Assembly (NCBI RefSeq): GCF_009914755.1
Contig: NC_060933.1
Strand: one strand, 5' to 3'
Length of the DNA stretch: 64,000 nucleotides
Source: the human T2T-CHM13v2.0 reference genome, Homo sapiens
Of the stretch, positions 14,288 through 27,849 are shown one piece after another. The notes below the pieces were generated by a model. That model saw nothing but the letters and a program-made list of their open reading frames with translations. It was not told where the DNA came from and made no database searches. Made by a program: the position numbers and the translations under genes. Numbering within the stretch: the first letter of the stretch is position 1; each line of letters begins with the position of its first letter.

Positions 14288-16333
14288 TAAGTAATGATTT
14301 TGTGTGGCATTTGGGGAAATGTTTTCAAAGGAAGGGGTAATTAAGTATTTTTCTTTTAATGAGTGATGTTGCAGATCTATTTTTATACCAAATTCTCAAA
14401 AAATGATTTCTCAAGTTTCAGTCTCTCAGTCTTTTATTCCTTCAAGGTTTATTATCTCTCATTTTTAAAATTCAGTAATTAAAAAAAATAGAAATCTCAG
14501 TAGTGACATATCATTTCTGATTCATTTAAATGTTGATTTTACATAAATAATTTCTGGTACAGGGAAAAAAGAGAAAAAGAAGGGGGCTTTGTGTGAAAAC
14601 GGCTGTATGCTTTATATCTCACAGCTCTGGTTTGGTTCCTGTTGGATCCAGGCCCTAAAGTCAAGCAAACCCATTCAAGGAGGAAATAAAAATGGGCAAA
14701 ACTCTGCTCACTTTTGTCCATCTTAAGGATAGGGGACATTGGAGGAGAGGTAGTTGTTCTCTCTCCCCACCCATCTTTGTGAGATTTTCTTCCAGATCTG
14801 TTATTGCATTCAATATTTATTTTTAAGTCCCATTTTTCTTCTGTTGTAAAATGATAGAAAACGTATTGAAAGGTGTTGATGACTAACAGCCAGGATTTCC
14901 AAGTGAGCTCCATTCCTTGCATTGTCCCCATTAAACAAATATGAACTGTTGCTATTCTTATGGTAAGGCACCTCAAAGCATCCTAATGCAGAGGCTTTGT
15001 GGGGCAGATGTGGGCCCAGGAAGAGGCCTTTGAAGATTAGGCAATGGCATTTGCTTAAACTCTATGTTGCCTGAATTGTGGAGTCTTTTTATGAAGATCC
15101 ATCCTTATTCACAAGGAAATTGTGCAGATTGGAAGATGTCACTGCTGGAGAGACAACAAGTTAATAGGTGTAATGGGTGTTATATGGTGAAAGTCTTGGC
15201 AATTGAGAATTATTTGGAATAAAGTGAATTCAGGGCGTTGAAGCACTAATGCTTCTAACACAGGAATAGGCATGACAAACTAAAGGAAGATACATGAGAT
15301 AGGGTAAAGTACTTGGTGTAAAAATTTTGGGCAACATTGTGTAAAATTTTCTTGCTGGATTAAAAATTAGAGTTTCAATTTCAAATTTATGTCTCAATAT
15401 TCTTCTTGAAGCATATTTAATCAATTAATTCAACAAATGTTAATTGTGTACCTATTACAAATCAAAATGATATGGCACAGGGCCATGGGGATAAAGGGAG
15501 AAAAGTTTCTATGTTCCTGGATTCTGTTATCCAGTGGGAGAAGTAGAAACCTAAAGATAAAAGTGTAATGTGCTGTCATAATCATCGAGCTTGCATAGTA
15601 AGCTGGAGAAAGAAGCCAGCTGTGCACCAGTGTTGTGTTGTCATATGAACATTGCTGTATTCATAATTGAAACATTCCTTTCCTTCTTTATCCCTTCTGC
15701 TGAGTTAATGATATCTTCTTTTAGAAAGACTCTTTAGTTTTGCATGTACTCAGAGCTCCAGGAAGCATTTTGGATTAGTGGGGTTTAAACTGGTGGTGGG
15801 TCTTTTCTGCATTCTATTCCATATCTCATAACATCAAATCCCATTTTGGTGTTGGAGGGATACTTGGAGGTGATCAAGCAGACACAAATTAAATGAGTCT
15901 ACCATGACCACATTTTCCCCTAAGAAACTCCTGGAAAAGTCTCCAGGGATCCCTGAGATTCTTAGAACCCAACCAGAAAACCACAGGAGTAAATGATGTT
16001 GCAAAGCCCAGGTCCTGTCTTCACGGAAATCTTAAGTATTGTGGTTAATGCCAGGCAGAGTCTATGTAACGATTTTAAATGACCTCATTTAAAGGCTCAT
16101 TACCATAAATGGAATTCATCTTAAATAGGCCACTGAGTATTATAAATAAGCATTTAAAGATTTTTTTTTCCTTGTGGTTTTTATTTTCCTCTTGACTACT
16201 TCCTCTTTTACCCATTGCAGGCCACAGGAGTCCAGGCAGCATGGCTGAGGTCTGAATGGCGGTGGCTTTCCACCCACAGTGGTCTAACGCAGCTCAATCT
16301 GCAGCTCAGTTGCCTTGCCCTCAGAATAGCTTG

Positions 16334-16334
<1 letters not shown>

Positions 16335-16380
<46 letters not shown>
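16335..16380. repeat. (TG)23 microsatellite
   Basis: Direct reading. Confidence 0.97.
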
Positions 16381-16382
<2 letters not shown>

Positions 16383-16985
16383 GGAGGTCTACAGCTTCCT
16401 TTCAGGTTCTCTCTCTCACCTTTACTCCAGCTATCTTGAATCAATGAAACTGACTGTGATTGTATAATGCAGAAAGCTAGGGGTGCCAGCCTTCTGGCAT
16501 TCACAATTTAGTCTTAGCTTTGTACTTACAGTCTCATTTTAAATTGAGATGAAATTGTTCTGCCCCCTGCTGAAGTTTGAGCTTAGAAAGTGGTAACACT
16601 TGAGCCTTTAGCCTGGTCAGAAATAAGTATGTTAGCATTCCTGAAAACTTCTTGTTGGCATCCTTTTAATAACTCTATAATAACCATGATAAATTTGTCA
16701 TGGCACCTTATTTTCCCCATGTTATGAGATGTTCTTTTCTATCCTATATTTTGGCTATTTCTGTCTCTATCTTGTTTCCCCTGTTATTCTGTAAGGTCTT
16801 CTATCATTCTCCAGTGCTGTCTGCATATAGGAGATGCTCCGTAAGTATCAGATAAATGAAGGAATAATAAGTACTGTCATGCTATGAAAGTGGTATGACT
16901 TCCAAGCATTGCTGGCTAGAAAGAATTCATAATGTTGTAGTATTTTACAAGCACTAATGTAGCTAAAATGGAAAAAGGAACTTGA

Positions 16986-17264
<279 letters not shown>

Positions 17265-19049
17265 TAGTATTCTGTTGATGTCTCCAGTGACTCAGACAAC
17301 ATTTATGTGCAGTGTGGAGTAATCTTTGCAAGTAGAATATTAATTCAGAGTGGATGGCTGTAAAGTGCATAGAGAAAAAGTACACTGCTTATTCTTTTTG
17401 TTTGTTTGTTCATTTGCTTATTTGTTCATATTTGTTTTTCCATCTATCCATCCGTCCATTTATCCACCCATCCATCTGTGCAAAAACTATCTGCTAAAAG
17501 TGTGGCACTTCTCTGGCCACATATACCCTTGGATGGCACCCAGGCCAAGGATCTCAGGGTGATGAAAGTGTCCTGGCAGCACAAGCAAATCCAATTCAAT
17601 CCAGCACATTCCCTTAAACTTGTCTTACTGCCAGAGGTCTGTGTCTCTTGATGGGGTGCCCCAAGTCTGCCATGCCACGTGCTTCTCCCCATGTCTGGAT
17701 TTAAGATCTCCTACTTTACCGTCATCCCCTATTCCTCTTCCCAGCGTTTTCATCTCCAACATTTAAAAGGGCACCGAATGGCAAAATCAGAGCTCATGTG
17801 AGTGCTAGTGAGTTATAAGGAAGGAATAGCAAAGTGTTCTGCTTAGGATTTTACTAGTCTTCAGTGATGTACCTCTACAATACCCACACATGCATGTTAC
17901 TACCCCATTGACATTTGAATCGGTTAGTCAACCAGTTAACAAGTTCACAAACAATTATGTTTGATCTTCTGGCCTAGTGGCTGGTGACACAGCAGAAAGC
18001 CATGTAGCACCTGGTTCTTGTGCACAAGGAATCTGTGTATTAATCACAAACAACCGATTCTTTGTTTTCGGAAGACGCTATTATTTGAGGTCTATTTTTT
18101 ATTTAAGAAAAATGGAGCTGCTGCACACGCTTTGTAGGAATGCGATAAAAATAAAGATATGAGTCTGTTTCTTACCCTGAATGACCTTAGAAGACGGCCC
18201 TGACCCTTCCCACAGATTTTTCTGTCACAAATAGAGTCCTTTGGTTTCATAATGGGGGAATAAGGCTTTATTCTCTTGCCAACCTCTGTCAGTTTTCTTT
18301 GCTAGCTAACACTTAAAAAATAAAAAAACTTTTAATATGTGTCTTTTCCTGATTGATAAGAGGGTAACTGTTCTCTGTTCTGGTGCAAATTTGTACTGCT
18401 GAGAGAAATTGCCTAGAGGGACAAGAAATTCAATGTTGAGTCACCTGGCCTTTTGGCCAGCTCCCAAATCCCCATGGCAGTTGTGGCCACATTGGTTCAG
18501 CAACCACTGAGAGGAAAAGAGAGAAAGCATCTGACTCTTGCTCTGATTTCACAAACTGCCTCTTAACAGACGTCTGCTTTGTCCTTGCCTGAAACCAATT
18601 TCATTTTTTTCCATTGTAATTTTTGGTTGTGTTGTCTTGGCAGCATTCCGGGAATGCACCCCGCCTTACGTGTTATTGCTCGGCCATTGTGATTGGGATA
18701 GGGGACGTGTAGGGAGTGAACTGGTCCTCATTTTTCCTAAACAGTTTGTCAATTTTCAGTCATTTTTTATTTCTGTTTTCTACAAATTAGTCAATGAATT
18801 GTGTGTCTAAGAGTGAGGTTTTGAATCTACTGTAATGAGGGCATGGGCTCAATTGATCGATTAGGACTGAATGGTTACATTCACGGTAACATTCACAATT
18901 CATTTCAATGTCAAGGATGCTTTTCAAAAAGCAACATTATAGAAGAGTGTGGCAAGTGAATCGACAGACTTATTTTTCCTATCGTTTTTGTGTTCTTAAC
19001 TGTTTTGTTCTTTCCCTTTTAATTTTTATTCTCTTTCAAGTGTTTTACT

Positions 19050-20600
19050 TTTTATAATTGCATGTATTATATTGATATGTCTTGTTGCAAAAGTAATTTC
19101 CTACATTACACATATGATGTTTGTCTTTTTCTTGCCTAACCATTTCTCCTAACCATTTCAGGTCAGTAGTCATAGATCTGTCATATTCTTTTTAACCATT
19201 ACGTGAAATTCATGATACAATGTGTCTTAATTAATTAAGTGTTCCATATTGACGAGCATTTTGCTTATTTTCCATTTTTTCAATACTGCAAAAATGTTTC
19301 AGCAAGCATCCTTATTCATGCTTTTTACACATATGTACAAGTGCAAAGGTTTTTCTAGAATACACAGAAAGAAGCAGGATTGTTGGTTTATGTGGTTTGC
19401 ACATGAAAAAATGGCTGTATCTATTTATGCCCACCCTAACAAGGTATACCTTGATATTAGCAAACTTGTTAGTGTTTGTCTTTCTAAAAACTGCTGTCAT
19501 GGCTTTTGAGTTTGCATTTTCCTGATTACTATTGAGTATCTTATATGTTTATTGGACTGTGTTTATGCTTCAGTAAATTTCCTGTTTATATCCTTTGTCT
19601 ATTTTTCTGTAGGGTTTTTCTGTTTCTTTACTTTCATTGTTCTTTGTTTTTTCTTAATTGTTTGAAAGTGATAAATATTCTCTTTTTAAAAAAGTCTATA
19701 ATACTGAAATATTTTCTGCACAAATTTAAATATGTATTTTCTGCATAGAGATAACCACCAATAAGGCAGAAAAAATATTTTTGCTTCCCTTTACTTCTCC
19801 TCCCAGCTCTCAGTTTGTTATCATCTGGGATTTTATTTTTGTATTGTTACCTGGCTTTTTTGAAGATGTCATATTTCTTTGTATATCATAGACTTTTGTG
19901 TCTTACTGTGTTCTTTTGGTGTGATTGTTCTTTTTGCTGGAGTATATCTTCTAATACTTCTTTCATAGAAATTAAAAAAATAAAATCAAGTTCTTGGGTG
20001 GTGGGAAATTGGCCTGTATTTTTTCTTCTCAGTGGAATTTGCTGAGTAAAAAATTATAGGCTCAAAAACTGAGAACTTTGAAGATATTGCACCATATTCT
20101 TTTTGTATTGAGTGTTGCTGATGAGAAGTCTGAGGTCAGTCTGTTGCTTGCTCTTTCTAGGTAAACTGTGCTTTTTATATTTTTTCCCCTCTAGAGGTTT
20201 TGAGAATTTACTCCTTATCCATGTTATTCTTAAATTTCACCACAACGTAACTAGATGTGGGTTTTTTTTTTTTTAATTCTGCTTATTGTGAGGGATACCT
20301 TTTCAATGTGTGGGTTCATGTCTTCAGTTCTGGAAAATTTTTCTTATTGATTTGCTCTATGTATTCTTTCCATTTATTCTTTCATTCAGGAATCGACATT
20401 GGATAGATATTTACACTTTTGGCTCCACCCATGCTGGCCACCCTTTCCTTAGTAGTTTCCATCTGCTTGTCCTTGTGTACCGCATTATGGGAGAATTGGT
20501 TTGCTCATTACTTAGCTTTTCAGCTGTTTCTCCAGCTGCTGATTTTTTTTCCTTTCAACCACTGATGATCAATTTCCACAATCTCTCGTGAGTCATTTTT
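19050..20600 (-). mobile_element. Degraded old L1 fragments
   Basis: T-rich tract with tttgcattttcctgattact and gttgctgatgagaagtctga motifs. Confidence 0.5.
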
Positions 20601-23600
20601 TTTGTGACTGAAATGCCCTTCTCCATACGGGGTTTGCTACATCAGCAGGGAGTCCTGCAATCCTGCCTCTACTTTTCGGTCCTTTGAAAGCCTCACTATT
20701 TTGTGAAGCACATGGTTATGTGTCCACTTGGGGCTGTACTGCTTTTCATTAATCCTCTTCTGCTTTCTCTCGCTTAGGAGTTCTTTATAGTTTCTTCTCC
20801 ATCAGCGATGTGCCTTCTCACTTTCCAACTTTGTTCTGGGTTTTAAGAAAAATATTGAGTATCACTTCTGGATATCTGGGATAAGAAAGGGAGCCTTCAC
20901 TTTGGGGCTTAGTCATGTATTAATTTTCTTTTGATGGTTTCCCAACTTTGGTTCTTTCAGGAGAAGTTATAATCTAGACAGAAAATGACACTAGAATGTT
21001 GGATTTAAATTCTCTGGAATTCTGTGTTGAAGAAACCAGATAATAACACGCCAATATCTTCAAGTTAGATAAGTCTTCAAGTCTTGTTTGAAAAAAATGA
21101 ATTTATGGTCAGCTGGCTTTTTCTTTTACATATACTTTAAAAACACATCTGTTGTGTTTAAGTCACAGATTTGAAGTTCATCTTATTTCCACACTTTTTT
21201 TGGGGGTAAAACTTTTTAGCTAACTCTGAATCAGTGAAGACCATGGTCTTGTGTGTGTCATCTTTGTAAACCAACAATTTGCCAACTACTGTGGCCATTG
21301 TATTTAGTTTGCAATTGGTACTATTTTTATTTCAATGAAAAAGAAGAGCTGCTGAGATTTTATTTGTTTGTAAGATGAGTTTTCTTTAAAAGTTTCCCTT
21401 GTTAGTATTTCATCATAGAGATATTATATGGAGAACAAGTTCTCTACATTTTATATGCAAATATGCATATTCCATGGTGCCTGCTGTACTCCTTGATCAT
21501 AACAGGCATTTGATGAAGGTTTGCTGAATTAACAAATGCATGAACCATATCATATTAATGTTCATATTGGACCAGGTTTTTAATATAATGGTGTGAACGT
21601 TTCAGTTAATTAAAAATAACTTACATACATTATTTTAGCCAAATTATTCTATAGTTTAGTATTTTTTCATTATTTTTGAAATTTTTATCTTGATGGCATT
21701 TTTGAGAGAGTCTCGTTTCTTCTTTTTTCTTTATATCCTTAGAGATTAATCGAGCATGATAGATGGGGCTGGGAAGCTTAACTGCATCATTCTCATTAAT
21801 AGTGCAGTCAAAATGCCTCACAATATTTTTCTAACAGTCCCCTCCTGCTGTGAATTACTGTAAATTTATTCATGCTGTAAAACAAGTGGTGGTTCATTTC
21901 TTCAAACGGCCCTTCTAAACCTTAGAAAAACTTTGTTAATTGCAAGGCAAGAGAACATTTTCATATAACATTTCCACATTAATTGGAATAGAGAGGTGCT
22001 ATGAGCAGTGGTTCTGAAGACTGAAACAGAATCATGTAAGTGCTGGTGAAGAAAGCTGATTTGGCCAGGCTGTGCTGATTATCATCTCGTATAAAAAATC
22101 TCCCTGCTACTTCTTCAAGTGTTTCTAATGAAATTATTTATCACGTAGTATTTTCTTTTTAATTTCTGCTCAATTCCTGCACACTTAGATGATTTTCAGC
22201 AGTTAGTCTTGCAGTAGAAACCTTTCAGTCACCTCCCCTGGCATAATGGGATTATTAAGGAGAAGTGGATGTTATATTTTAATTTTAAAAAATACTATCA
22301 TTATTATTTAAATCTTATCTGAGAGCTTCTTCAGCAAGTGTTAATAGTACATGAAATGCTCTGTCTTAAGTTGATGGCAAATACATTTAAGAAAGGCAGT
22401 ATTCCTCTGGGTCATATCAAAAGAATCCCTGCACCTATTTTACTAGTAACTAGTTACCACACAGAATAATAGTCCCACAGTGAATATAAGGTGGCAATTC
22501 ACTTGTTGGTTGAAGAACTGTGCAGTTACTATATAAACCATCCTTAATGGTCCCATGGATTGAAATCAGACTTGCCTTTGATTTCCTTCCTATTTATTAG
22601 GACAATTTCAGTTTTCCACTTTTCCAACCTTCCAACTTTTAATGTAGAAGCTTTTAAAGGCACATCGACAAAATACTATTTATGATAGTGAAGGTCAGTT
22701 CACAGGTGCCCAGGAGGAGAGGCCGGGTTCCTTGAGATAAATTGAATTTAATGATTTATTTTTAAGAATTACTTTTGGTTTCAACCACAGTTTGTAGCAC
22801 ATATGTCTGTGTAGCATATTTGTACATACTCCTTCTTTTGTTCGTGTTGAACCAAGAAAATAGACTGGTAGTAATTCTACTTTGTTAACACTCCCAGATT
22901 AAAAGAATATGCTATATTAATGCTCTATGTGGAAGTTAGAGTGATATGAAACATTATTTTCTTAGCAACTTAGTTGGATTGGCTTTCTTTCCTGAAAACC
23001 ACACACAAAGGCTATTTTAGTGTACTGCTTTGGTTTAATTTTCTTAGAGATCAGGTTTTATCTCCTAAATCAAGCAAACCACACAGTGGATCGTTGTTTT
23101 TCTTTATCTTCTTAGAATGTCAAATGAAGTTGTTTTTTTCTCATCTGTCAACTGCTGTTTAAATTTTTGTGTTTAGAAGTTATGTAGTACCTGTCACTAT
23201 TGTGACATGGCTCACATGTGTTTAGAAGTGCAGTTTCAAATTTGAGCTTGCAAAGTCATTTTGCTAACTTTCTGTCATTTTTCCTACCAGGTATAAAGCA
23301 ATCACTTCTAAATAGGTCAGGCTCATTTTGACTTCATTCCTGGTTGTGGAATATAGCTGTTCAGGAGGCAAAGAACTTGGAAGATATGACAAGGAGGTGG
23401 AAGGGTAGAGGGGAAGGTTATAGGGTTTTAGTATTCTGTTGAGAGAGAATTAAGAGATAGGTCAAGTGTTTATTTGTTTTAAGTTCTGTTATGTGTGCAC
23501 AAATAGAAGTGAGAGGAGAGAAGGCAGAGAACAGACAACATTATAATTTACTTGAATACTTTTATACATGTGGAATGATGACCCAACATGAAATGAACAG

Positions 23601-24363
23601 AGCTCAGGATCACTGAAGCAAGCTGAAAACAAACACAAGCAAGACCTACTGGTGATTACTAAAAAATGTTAGTAAAACCCAACCTTAACCCATCTTATTT
23701 GTTGCCAAACTGGGTTAATCCAAAATGACTAGAGATTTGTTTTTCCTTAAGAGAAAGTGAGGGCCTACACACTTTGAATGAGTGATTGAAGCACCTAGTC
23801 AATTTGGTCAACTCTCAAGAAGTATGCACTAATAGGTGGAAGCAGAGACATGGAAGATCCCAGCAAAGGAGGCAGCCAGAATGCTCTGGTTAAGGCCCTG
23901 GACAGACAGATGTGGGCCAGGGCCAACCCCACTGACTAGCTATTTAGTCATAATACTTGATAGCCTTAACTTCTTCATCTGGAAATAGAAATATTAATGG
24001 CACCTACTTTCTAGGATATTTAGGATGACTGATAAGGTGATAAATGGAAAATATTTAAAACAGAGTCTAGCACATACTAAGTACCCAATAAATAATAGCT
24101 ATTACTATCATCAACAAGAATAGTTAGATTTAAATGTATTTTACATCTGAATTTAAATATATGTATATCTTATATTTTGTCAAATTGCTTGAAATGAAAA
24201 TAAAGCCACAACAAACATTACAATCAAAGAACTGATTATGTACTCAAATCTGCTTGGGGAATGTAAGATCAATGGAATTCAAATGGATTTCTTTATAGCA
24301 GGAGTTCTCAGAACTTTTAATTTTCTAATGTGCATTGTGAACATCCAGAGCTTCTTACAGAGC

Positions 24364-24460
24364 CTCCTTCTCCTTCTCCTTCTCCTTATTCTTCTTCCTC
24401 TTCCCCTTCCTCTTCTTCCTCCTCTTCTTCCTCCTCTTCTTCTTTCTTCTTCCTTTTTTT
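24364..24460. repeat. (CTT/CCT)n polypyrimidine tract
   Basis: Direct reading. Confidence 0.9.
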
Positions 24461-24634
24461 TTGTAATCTTGGATTTTTTTCCCTCTAGAATCTCAATAAA
24501 TTAGAGTTCTATAAGACACACTTTGGGGAAAATTTGATGGACAACTCAGGTCCATATCAGATTTAAGAATAATAGTTGTAGGAACAAAAGCCCTTTGAAC
24601 AATTGCCCGACACTTATGGTCTAAATCCCTGTCC

Positions 24635-24760
24635 TTCCAAGTGTGTTCTGTGGAACAGAGAGTTTGCTAGAAATGCAAATTCTTAAGCCCCAACTCAGAC
24701 ATATTGGAAAAGAAGCTACATCTTTAACAAGATACCCTGGTGATTCATACACACAATAGA
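24635..24760. mobile_element. MER5A-like hAT-Charlie MITE fragment
   Basis: gctagaaatgcaaattctta...tttaacaagataccctggtgattc. Confidence 0.6.
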
Positions 24761-26114
24761 GTTGTGTGTATGAATATTCTTACACACAACTTTGTGTGTA
24801 AGCTTTGGTGTAAAGAAAAGCTTTGGGAAGCTTTGGTGTAAAGAAAGTCAACATTTTCACTGCCTGGTTGATGATTTTCTGCTGAGGTCTACAGGCCAGT
24901 ACATCCTTCCTGAAGGAATCCAGATCAAGAGACATTTACGCAGAGGTATCTGTCTGCCTGAGAAGCTGGTCATCTCCGATCTCCAGCGAGGTTCCCCAGA
25001 GTGCAAAGGAAGACAGCTGTAGGGCTTAGAGTCAGGATCCTTTTACAGTAGAGCTAGCAGCTCTTGGAAACGTTGCTGGGCTTTGCTGTGTACTTGTGCT
25101 GATTTCAAATCTTGTTAAGCCAAGAAGTAGTGCCTGGCAAATGGTTGATCCTGCCTTGGCTATTCATGCTTCCCAATTCATTTTTATTGTGCTAATTAAA
25201 CCTCAAGTGGTATTTCAAGTACAGATTGTTTTTTCCATTATTGAATCTTTGGCCAGCATATTAACGCTGTAGAATTAACATGAGTCAGATGCTTACTTAT
25301 TTGTGGAAGACTTTACATTTAAAAGATCAAGACTTGGCCAATTTTGCTCAGATTCCTTTGGAAACTGCGATGACAGGGTGATACAATTTCTCTATAAATA
25401 AAGGAGACTCACTCTTCTACAGAATAGACACGTAATTATTTTTAAATGAAATAATTCCTTTATCAAGGAATCATAAATACCACTTTATCAGTGGTATTTA
25501 TGGTCCATGATGAAATGGATATGTACAGCTTGGGAGGTAGTGGTGAAGACCCTGACCTTTGAGTTCAAATTCTAGGTCTATATGTACTCGGACAATGTTG
25601 AATAATGTATTTGACTTTTCCAAAACTCATATACTTCATTAATTAAATGAGGGCAAAATACTTATCTTCAAGATTGGTTCTAAGGATGAGATAAAACAAG
25701 GTACTAGGCAAGAATATCTGGTTCAGTGAATGCTCAATAAATGATAATATTAGTATCACTATAATTAAATGCTTTTAGAGCTGTTAATTATGTAAGCTTG
25801 AGTTTGAAAAAAAACCCACATTAGATTTTATAGGAAAAATTAACATTATGACATAACATTTCCTACTGAGAATCTCTTTATTTTAACCTTTCTCTCCTCA
25901 GAATTTCCAAACTATTAGATACATTTATAAAGGTAGGAAATTCATCCCATGGGTTTGTACTTGAAATGCCAAGGTGGGTGTCTTTAGGCTTCATCAGTGG
26001 GGTCTGGCTATGGAGGGGGTCATACCTTGAGAACAAGCACCATGACGGGCCTTGACTCTGATGGTCACCCCAGAGTCAGCAGATAAATCTATAAATATAG
26101 AAAGTGGAAGAGTC

Positions 26115-26415
26115 GGCTGGGCACGGTGGCTCATACCTATAATCCTAGCACTTTGGGAGGCTGAGGCGGGTCGAGTGCCTGAGCTCAGGAGTTTGAGACC
26201 AGCCTGGGCAATGTGGCGAAACCGCATCTCTACCAAAAATACAAAAAATTAGTCAGGGGTGGTGGTGTGTGCCCATTATCCCAGCTACTCAGGAGCCTGA
26301 GGCACAAGAATCACTTGAACTCAGGAGGCAGAGGTTGCAGTGAGCAGAGATTGTGCCACTGCACTCCAGCCTGGTTGACAGAGCAAGACTATCTCAAAAA
26401 AAAAAAAAAAAAAAA
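26115..26415 (+). mobile_element. Alu (S/J-like)
   Basis: Full-length sense Alu with poly(A) tail. Confidence 0.95.
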
Positions 26416-27553
26416 GGGAGAGGGAGAGTCAACAAAGCACAAACACTTGCAAGCTGAAAAAGCAGATGGTTGAGTAGTAACTGACTTAAAGGGTGAGAAT
26501 ACTGGTTACCAAGTTGACAATGGAGAAAGCCAAGGGGAAACTTGGTTTATATGGCAGAACTACTACAATGCTTAGAGTGTGAGAGTACAGGGAACACCAA
26601 ACACTGTATTGGTTGAAAGTCGGCTAAGCCCAGGTGACTGCACCTCTCCTGCCTCAGCAGAAAACCGGAGGCTTAATTCTCTAAAGTGGATAAAACAAAG
26701 GTTCTGAGAAACTACAGATAGAGTGAGGCCATGGGAACCATAAAGAATATGATGGATTTACATACTGAATATTAATATTTCCAGACCTCTTTCTCCTCCA
26801 AGCAGGAAATTGGAAGAGCATTATTTGAATAATTTGACCACCCCCTTCCTCAAAATGATTTCATGATCCTGACATCAGGTGGTACCTAGTAAATTGGCCA
26901 ATAATATTGTCCTACAATGAAGATGACAATTCATAAATTTGTGCGATGTTTCTAGTACCCCATTCTTAAAGATGTATGAATAGCCAGACATAATTGAGGA
27001 AAGCTTATAATTGAAAGATAAACACAAAAGCACCAAAGAGAGAAAGAGAGGAAAAAAATGCGAAAAACAAAGCTGATATAGAGAAAAGAAAAATTCAAGA
27101 AATGATTATAAATATATGATAGAAATCGTAAGAGACATTGCATCCATGGAACAAGAAGAGGGTGCTATAAAAAAAGAACACTCAGGAACAAAAGAAGGGC
27201 CTTGGGAATAAAAAATTGACAGAGGAATGAACAACCTTAAAAGGGGGCTTTAAAGGTTAATCTAAAAAAACTCCTTGCAAATAGAGCAAATAAATGAAAA
27301 GTTGGAAAATAGGAAAGGATTAGAGAATTAAATGGACTATCTATAAGGTCCAACCTCCAAACAATAGTTCTAAGTGGTAAGAAAGCATGTGTTATAGTTA
27401 TATTGGCACATTTTTTTCCTTTCATAGTGGTACATATAACGGTGTTGCAACCTGTAATTAATACCATTTTAAATTTGATGAAATAAAGTAAGTATTGCAT
27501 ATTAGATGGTTCTGGTGTTAGTAAGGCTTGCATACTCATAATACTCATAATAA

Positions 27554-27849
<296 letters not shown>

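Noticed and set aside
24238-24504. ORF with a Leu/Pro-rich, signal- or TM-like stretch
   Set aside because: It is the translation of the CTT/CCT simple repeat.
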